Virus record (IMG/VR): IMGVR_UViG_3300042477_000341 | From: an uncultured virus (IMG/VR IMGVR_UViG_3300042477_000341) | Lineage: Duplodnaviria; Heunggongvirae; Uroviricota; Caudoviricetes | Strand: one strand, 5' to 3' | DNA length: 64,000 nucleotides | Shown: in pieces, positions 58,044 to 64,000 of the stretch | How positions within the stretch are numbered: the first letter of the stretch is position 1 | How the letters are laid out: each line of letters begins with the position of its first letter | The notes under the pieces: model-generated | Databases searched by the model: none | The model's input: the letters and a program-made list of their open reading frames with translations, nothing else | Told to the model about the DNA's origin: nothing | Translations under genes and position numbers: made by a program

Positions 58044-58670
58044 TTACTTATACTCTCCCCAAGGTAGCTTTTTAACTTTTGAATTTGGATTATGGTTAAC
58101 ATTGTTTGGAATTACTGTCTTAAAAAAAACATCTTTTACTGAATCAGGTAGATTCTTTAATGTCTTTATGTCCTCCATTATTTTATGGCCTAGCGGAACA
58201 AGATTAACATAAAGCATTATCATAAAATCTTCATCTGATCCAGGGTAGGGTGGCCTTGAGTGATAGTCTTCATCCCCTTTAAGGAATACTGCAGAATTAT
58301 CTTTACACTCCATGTCCGTGTCTTCTATTGTCAGTGGCCAATTTAATGTTGTTTCAATTGTTATGTCTAGGGTATATATGGCATAAAAATTATCAACATG
58401 ATTATCAAGCCTTGGAACCGATTCGCCTTCTTTTTTATACTTAATGCATTGAGTATAGGCTATGTCTAAATCCTCAATACCCGTCTTTTCTCTTGCCTTG
58501 TTTATAATCTTATTATGCAAATCTTCTGGGAAGTCTATCAGGTTCCAATATCTACCATAATACGGAGCGTAGTTAAAGTCCTTAGATTTTTCCATATGTT
58601 CGTAGACATAGTTTTTTATTCCCGTATACGTTTCTTGATCAAATATATTTTCAACATAAAAGGATTTCAT
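58044..58670 (-). CDS. 2OG-Fe(II) oxygenase-like protein
   Basis: PRLDNHVD...YTLD...WPL...HSR; paralogue of 24349-24900. Confidence 0.7.
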   Translation of the reverse strand: MKSFYVENIFDQETYTGIKNYVYEHMEKSKDFNYAPYYGRYWNLIDFPEDLHNKIINKAREKTGIEDLDIAYTQCIKYKKEGESVPRLDNHVDNFYAIYTLDITIETTLNWPLTIEDTDMECKDNSAVFLKGDEDYHSRPPYPGSDEDFMIMLYVNLVPLGHKIMEDIKTLKNLPDSVKDVFFKTVIPNNVNHNPNSKVKKLPWGEYK

Positions 58671-59368
58671 TTGTACTCTTTCCTTGCCCAGAATATATTT
58701 CTGTAGGCATCAAATAGCTTGGCAGATACTGCTCTTTTGTTATTTGCGCTTCTCTTCTTGTCTATAGGGACAACTTCCATTTTGTAAGGTTCCCTCTTAA
58801 ATGGAATTACTTGGGCTATAGGTGTTCCAGCCTCAATCATTCCTTCAAAATTATCGTTCTTTAGGTTAAATGGCAAGTTTATTTTTTCATAATATTTATC
58901 TGTATCAACTATTCCTGAAAGGACTACAATCTGATTGTCTCTATGCATTGGGGGTATAATCAAACAAGAATACCCTGGCTCTGTTTTAATCATCCACTGG
59001 TTTTCAATTTTAAGCTGATGCCCTAAAGTATTATCTGGGTGACCCTGAACTTGAAACTCAACATGTTGAGTAAGAACTTTTCCGCTTTCTTCATCACCTT
59101 CTGTTCTCCAGTGAAAGAATGGTCCTGTTTCTGTTTGTTCGCAGTAGATGTCTCGTCCTAATAAAATTAAATAACCTGCTGTCATCGAATCAAATACGGG
59201 AACACACTTTTTAATAGTAACAAATGCTTCATCGATACTTGGCTTTTTATCGTTATTCAAATATGACTTAGCATTCTTATACCACTCTGGTATAAGCTTA
59301 CTTGCAGGAGTTGGGTTATAAAGAGATTCGGTGTCGTCAATTATTGAAAAATATATTTTTTTAGCCAT
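58667..59368 (-). CDS. hypothetical protein, paralogue of 34746-35507
   Basis: IPEWYK...TIKKCVPVFDSMTAGY...GIVDTD...GTPIAQVIPFKRE. Confidence 0.75.
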   Translation of the reverse strand: MAKKIYFSIIDDTESLYNPTPASKLIPEWYKNAKSYLNNDKKPSIDEAFVTIKKCVPVFDSMTAGYLILLGRDIYCEQTETGPFFHWRTEGDEESGKVLTQHVEFQVQGHPDNTLGHQLKIENQWMIKTEPGYSCLIIPPMHRDNQIVVLSGIVDTDKYYEKINLPFNLKNDNFEGMIEAGTPIAQVIPFKREPYKMEVVPIDKKRSANNKRAVSAKLFDAYRNIFWARKEYK

Positions 59369-59547
59369 GCATCTATTCTATCTAATGTATGCAATATAGT
59401 CAATAGACTATATTGGTGAATCTAATATTTCGTCTACTGCATCATCTATCGTTCTTCCGCCGTGCTCTGATGAACAGTTTCCACAATTCTTACACATATT
59501 TATCCTTAAAGTAATATGGCCCCATTTCTGAGGCCATATCTATTTAG

Positions 59548-59748
59548 TTATACTTTTTTAGGTCTGCCTTTTCTTGGTGGCTTTGGGTCTAGCGATGTTT
59601 CTCTTCGTATGCCATGCTTATTTTGGTCTATCTTAATTCCAGATCTTGTTCCTTGTTTAGGATACTTTCTTGGTGTTTCTCGACTTGTGACCGCTCCTGA
59701 TGGCTCAGAAACTGGTGGTGTTGCCATACCTGTTCCGTTTTCACTCAT
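59548..59748 (-). CDS. small basic protein
   Basis: ORF track; last of a run of short coupled ORFs between 59548 and about 60203. Confidence 0.55.
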   Translation of the reverse strand: MSENGTGMATPPVSEPSGAVTSRETPRKYPKQGTRSGIKIDQNKHGIRRETSLDPKPPRKGRPKKV

Positions 59749-60679
59749 TGATAAATTGTCTTGTCTGCTCAGGTGTTGAAGTCATGTTTAATGTTAAACC
59801 TGATTCACCATCTCTTGAAACATCAGTGATAGTAACTGGAACAATACCAGTCTCGCTACCGAATGCTTCGCATCCACATTCAATACACATTAGACGCCTC
59901 GGTTTGCCCAGGCGTTCGCCCAGTAATCTACTACAGCGTCCGCATTTGATGCTGGTGCTGGTGTTTCTGCCTTTGGCTTTGCTTCTTCTACAACTACCGT
60001 TTCAACAACTGGTGTTGGATCAATATCTTTTTCTGACATGATTACTTACCGTTGTTTCCGAGACCTGCGCCATCTTGTGATGACTTGTCTGCTGCTGCTG
60101 GGAATGATCCTGTAGCTGGTGAGTAATCTCCAGATGCATCGATTGAGTTTTTTCCTGCTGGCTTTGTTTCGTTAAATCCTGTTAAGTTAATTCCGTCTGA
60201 CATTTTGTTTCTCCTATAGGTTATTTATTTAAGCGGGACTAGTATTCCGCTCATCCCTCTATTATAGCATTTAGTTGATTAGGACCTGTATCGCTCATGC
60301 CAGCAGTCATCGCATATATCTATGATAGGGCCTTCTGGCTTTGAAGTAAGTCTGGTTGCTTTTTTACCGCATCCCGCCATTTCACATAATCCGCTAAACA
60401 TTATTTAATGCCATTTTTAGCAGGGCCTTGTTTATAGGGGCCTAGGTCAGCCTTAATTGACCCATCTTTTCTAATTCTAACTATTCTGCCATCTTTAATA
60501 ATTGTTTTATTAAAAGGGTGTTTTGTTTTGCCTTTTTTATCAGCCATTACTTTTTTCTATTATCCTTACTATATATCTTATTACTTCGTTTGGTCTCCAT
60601 TCTGGAGGCAATTCTAGACCACTTATCTCGTTAGAGATCTGTCGCCTAATTCTTTCATCTTGATATTCTTCTATGCTCA

Positions 60680-61447
60680 CTAAATTAAATTCTCTTTAAT
60701 CTTTTTAAGTAATATGTCTCTAGTTCTGCTTTTGCTAAAAATTTTATATGAATCAACTAATGGCATTTTATATCCAAACATATGTTTTGCGTTAATACAT
60801 TTTCTTGAATAAGTGTCTATCTCTTTTGTTAATTCAAATCTTTTAAGAATTATTTTACGATCAGTTAAAAAGTTTACGTAAAATATTGGCTCATCTTTTT
60901 TGAAATGAAGCTCACCTTCATTGCCGTAAAGCTGTAACTCTACATTTAAAGTTCTAAACCATTTACCTATATCAAACTGTCCACTTGTTAAAAATCCATA
61001 CTTCATATACTCTACTTGTTGCAGATAAGGACTGGTGAGCATAACCTCTACTGGTTCTTCTGCAAACATGTGAAGTCTATATGAGAATTCAATATTTGGT
61101 CCAACAGTCATGGTCTGGTTTCTTGGTGGGTAGCATGCGACAAAAGATTCTGATAATGGATTAATCTCTATTTGGTTTAAATCAGTTGATGCAGCCTTAT
61201 ATGAATAACTTGAATCAAAAGGCCAAGGCCACGAATAAATATTTTTGCTTAGATTTTTAAATGCTGGACATTTTATAAAAGAATCGACCTCTTTAGTTTC
61301 AGACTTTATATCAAATTGAGTCCAGTGTTTAAATACATTAGTAGGTTCATGATACATCATGTTCCAGTTTCCTACAAGGCCGTCGTCTTCTGCTATTGAA
61401 TGCGGAGCCCAGTAAACAACTATCGGGCCTTTATTTTCTTTTTTCAT
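60680..61447 (-). CDS. hypothetical protein, distant paralogue of 34746-35507
   Basis: FIKCPAF...GQFDIGKWFR...DEPIFYV; start corrected. Confidence 0.7.
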   Translation of the reverse strand: MKKENKGPIVVYWAPHSIAEDDGLVGNWNMMYHEPTNVFKHWTQFDIKSETKEVDSFIKCPAFKNLSKNIYSWPWPFDSSYSYKAASTDLNQIEINPLSESFVACYPPRNQTMTVGPNIEFSYRLHMFAEEPVEVMLTSPYLQQVEYMKYGFLTSGQFDIGKWFRTLNVELQLYGNEGELHFKKDEPIFYVNFLTDRKIILKRFELTKEIDTYSRKCINAKHMFGYKMPLVDSYKIFSKSRTRDILLKKIKENLI

Positions 61448-61468
61448 GTACTTCTTTCTGTTAATAAA

Positions 61469-61500
61469 GGGGGGCAAGATTAATCCCGCCCCCCTTTTTA
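61469..61500. terminator. bidirectional terminator-like hairpin
   Basis: GGGGGGC...GCCCCCC flanked by A and T runs. Confidence 0.6.
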
Positions 61501-61505
61501 AGCAT

Positions 61506-62564
61506 TTACTTCTTTAGTGCGACCTTTAGCTTAGGGAACTTCTTGTTCCACTTTGTAGCAAGGGCGTTGTATTCCTTGACATAGGTAGCCTTAGCAATAT
61601 CTGCTGCTGCCTTATCAACGATAGCCTTTGCTGCTGCTGCATCTGCTGCTGCCTTGTCTGCTGCACGAGCAGTCTTTTCGGCTGCCAATGCTGCTTCTGC
61701 AATTGCCTTAGCGGCATTTGCTGCTGCAAGTTGAGTTGTCAAGGCTGCAACGTCTCCAGCCAAATCACGTACTGCAATAATCTTTACAGATGATGCAGAT
61801 GGTGTGCTGAATCCTGTTACTGCTGTTGCCATATCAGCTGTTGCTGCATAGAATACAATTGTTACTGGGCCAGTTGCTGGGGCAACAAACTTAACGTCTG
61901 CTGATCCAAAATTGGTTAGTGTTGCGCCTGTTGTTACAGTTACTGTATCAAGGGTTGCGCCATTAGCAATTGCATTTAGGGTCTTTCCAGAAATCTTATT
62001 TCCGAATACATCCTGTGCTGTTGCTGTTACTGTTACTGATGTTCCTGCAGGAGCAGAATCTACGCCAGTTACGGCAATCTTGTCGATTAGAGTAGATGTT
62101 CCCTGTAGGTAATATGTTACAGTTGTGCCCAAGTTAGTAACTGCTACTGAGCTTACTGCTGTCGTTTTAGTATATACATAAAACGTTGCGGTTGTACCTG
62201 TACCAACATTCTGTGTCCATGTTGCTGAACCTGAAGATGCTGTTACTGGTGCTGTAGATGTAGCAAATGCTGACACAACTACTGCGTTAGTTGCTGAAAC
62301 AGTTACTGCTGTTCCTGTATCAACTGTTACTACAAACTCAACTACATCTAGTGAATCAACAGAGTTATCTGTTGGAACTGAAATTGTAATTGGAGTTGCT
62401 GCTGATGTTCCAGCAGTTTGTGCTGTCCATGTCGGACTTGCTACCGTACCTGTATTCTTCTTTACAGAAGTTACAACCATTGGCGCAGCACTTGCAGGTG
62501 TTGCTAGTGTACCCATGGCAATGGCTGCAACCATTGCTAGAGCGATTTTCTTAAATGACTTCAT
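61506..62564 (-). CDS. secreted Ala/Thr/Val-rich Ig-like (surface-layer-like) protein with C-terminal coiled coil
   Basis: signal peptide MKSFKKIALAMVAAIAMGTLATPASA; TATAQDVFGN; Ala/Lys helix. Confidence 0.75.
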   Translation of the reverse strand: MKSFKKIALAMVAAIAMGTLATPASAAPMVVTSVKKNTGTVASPTWTAQTAGTSAATPITISVPTDNSVDSLDVVEFVVTVDTGTAVTVSATNAVVVSAFATSTAPVTASSGSATWTQNVGTGTTATFYVYTKTTAVSSVAVTNLGTTVTYYLQGTSTLIDKIAVTGVDSAPAGTSVTVTATAQDVFGNKISGKTLNAIANGATLDTVTVTTGATLTNFGSADVKFVAPATGPVTIVFYAATADMATAVTGFSTPSASSVKIIAVRDLAGDVAALTTQLAAANAAKAIAEAALAAEKTARAADKAAADAAAAKAIVDKAAADIAKATYVKEYNALATKWNKKFPKLKVALKK

Positions 62565-62612
62565 TTAATTTATTCTCCTTATTTCTTCTGCCTCTTATGT
62601 GAGCACAGAAAC

Positions 62613-62813
62613 TTAGTGTAATTCATGTATCTTTACATGAAACGAGCAGGGATCTCCGCCTTCTTCCCATTCTTGCATTTCTTCATCTGACATTGGTGGA
62701 CCATCATGTGTATCACAAAATACATCTGATACCCATCCACGATCATAACCATTCTTAAGCCATATTTCAAACTCTAAATGATTAGCATCTGTAGAATCAA
62801 ATTCTAGATCCAT
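62613..62813 (-). CDS. hypothetical protein
   Basis: CDTHDG...EEGGDPC. Confidence 0.7.
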   Translation of the reverse strand: MDLEFDSTDANHLEFEIWLKNGYDRGWVSDVFCDTHDGPPMSDEEMQEWEEGGDPCSFHVKIHELH

Positions 62814-63106
62814 TCGGACAACTCCTTTAATAAAAGATGTTTAGGCTTTGCCCCAACAATCGTTTTAACTGGTTGACCAGACTTAAATAATACCATAGTT
62901 GGTATTGAATGTACAGAGTATTCTTCCATTTTTAATGGATTTTCATCAACATTTAACTTACCAACCAGTAGGCCCGTATCACTTGATATCTCATCAAGTA
63001 TCGGGGAAAGCTTTTTGCATGGTCCACACCATTCAGCCCAGAAATCAACCAATACTAAATCATTTGTTGAGACTATGTCATTAAATGAATTATCAGTTAT
63101 GATCAA
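62804..63106 (-). CDS. trxA: thioredoxin
   Basis: VDFWAEWCGPCK, SIPT, GAKPK. Confidence 0.93.
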   Translation of the reverse strand: MIITDNSFNDIVSTNDLVLVDFWAEWCGPCKKLSPILDEISSDTGLLVGKLNVDENPLKMEEYSVHSIPTMVLFKSGQPVKTIVGAKPKHLLLKELSEWI

Positions 63107-63107
63107 T

Positions 63108-63320
63108 TTACTTATCTTTCAGGGCTTCTGCTGCGGCATTGAATCTATTCATAAATTCCTGAACAACCCAATATGTAGTTTGCGTAGCATTTTCTCTTAA
63201 AGCCTTAGAAGTTTCTTCTGTCTTTTGCTCTTCTGTAGCAGCGTTATACCATTTCTGATACAGTTCATTTGCTAAATCAGCAACAATGCCTTCTAATACT
63301 GTTACTTGCTCCTCAGCCAT
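63108..63320 (-). CDS. hypothetical protein
   Basis: ORF track. Confidence 0.6.
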   Translation of the reverse strand: MAEEQVTVLEGIVADLANELYQKWYNAATEEQKTEETSKALRENATQTTYWVVQEFMNRFNAAAEALKDK

Positions 63321-64000
63321 TCAAGGCCGCCTGTAGATTAATAAGATTTCCCTTGCTAATCTTTGAGCTTTTTGTAATAGAAGAAGTCCTTGAAATTAAA
63401 CTATACATTTCTGAATAGCTTAAGTTAGACTTAACAGACTTAACAGTTGCCCACGAAGTTGCTCCGACTAGAACAGATGCTGAAGTTCCTGCAAAATTAG
63501 TTTTCTTTGCATTTAGCCCGTATAAAACTGTTGTTCCACGAGCATAGAAGTCTAACAAAAGTGGGTCATAGTTTGAATAAAATCCAATAGATCCTGATGG
63601 CAGTGTTGCACCCATTGTAATTGCTTCAGGGATACATCCAGGCCAGTTTACTCTTTGATAGTCGCTATTATTTCCTGCTGGAAAAAATACGCCGACACCT
63701 AGTGAGTTTAAAGACTTTACTTTATCAACGGTAGTTGGTGTTTTTGGACAGTAATCTGTTCCAACAGCACCTACATTGTGTGAGCCTTGTGCCATTGCAA
63801 CTGATTGAATATTAAACTTAGACTGATTGTTAATAACCCACTGTAGGGCATTATAAACAGTTGCTTCATTAGTATATTCTCTTGCACCGTTTTCACGTTG
63901 ACCAACAATTCTAATAAATACAATTTTTACGTTAGGGTTTGTCTGAATAGCTTGATCTGCCATAAGTGTGCCATGATCAAATCCGCCAAGCAGAAGTCTT
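63313..64000 (-). CDS. S8 (subtilisin-like) peptidase, N-terminus outside the window
   Basis: frame open to the window end with DHGTLM (catalytic His); AGNN oxyanion; GTSAS catalytic Ser. Confidence 0.8.
   Translation of the reverse strand, partial: RLLLGGFDHGTLMADQAIQTNPNVKIVFIRIVGQRENGAREYTNEATVYNALQWVINNQSKFNIQSVAMAQGSHNVGAVGTDYCPKTPTTVDKVKSLNSLGVGVFFPAGNNSDYQRVNWPGCIPEAITMGATLPSGSIGFYSNYDPLLLDFYARGTTVLYGLNAKKTNFAGTSASVLVGATSWATVKSVKSNLSYSEMYSLISRTSSITKSSKISKGNLINLQAALNG

Larger units (their letters stand above)
6635..60271 (-). promoter_or_regulatory. dispersed extended -10 promoters (TGn-TAnnnT) ahead of minus-strand genes
   Basis: TGGTATAAT near 6640, 21112, 36150, 38362; TGCTATACT near 14920, 35517; TGGTATACT near 53008; TGCTATAAT near 60265. 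Confidence 0.6.

Overview
This 64 kb window is an AT-rich, gene-dense segment of a large tailed dsDNA phage genome. The host is most likely a low-GC freshwater actinobacterium; this is inferred from actinobacterial-type promoter motifs, an Lsr2-like gene and PASTA/TipAS-like domains, and no database search was run. Bases 1-31 kb (minus strand) hold tail, fibre and virion-decoration genes (collagen-like, Gly-rich, LamG, FN3), interspersed with a GT2-TPR glycosyltransferase, several 2OG-Fe(II) oxygenases and a PASTA/Pro-rich/Hint-domain protein. Bases 31-38.5 kb hold a class II ribonucleotide reductase, a lytic transglycosylase, an HNH protein, an oxygenase and a candidate small RNA. Bases 38.9-51.3 kb form a plus-strand island of short genes (GP88-like, DUF932-like, YubB-like, mini-Lsr2, tRNA-Asp) with the most striking signal. 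It carries 14 co-oriented TGTCRG-N10-TAnnnT promoters, the mycobacterial PafBC/RecA-NDp DNA-damage consensus. It also has 11 CRP-type TGTGA-N6-TCACA sites in near-helical phase with those promoters, six perfect DnaA boxes, 11 copies of an unexplained fixed-spacing motif GGG-N13-TTACG-N19-TGAA, and several candidate structured RNAs. Bases 51.8-64 kb (minus strand) hold a tRNA(CCG) inside an ORF, a halogenase/APS-kinase/sulfotransferase cluster, a secreted Ig-like protein, thioredoxin and a partial S8 peptidase. Functional calls come from recognising motifs by eye.
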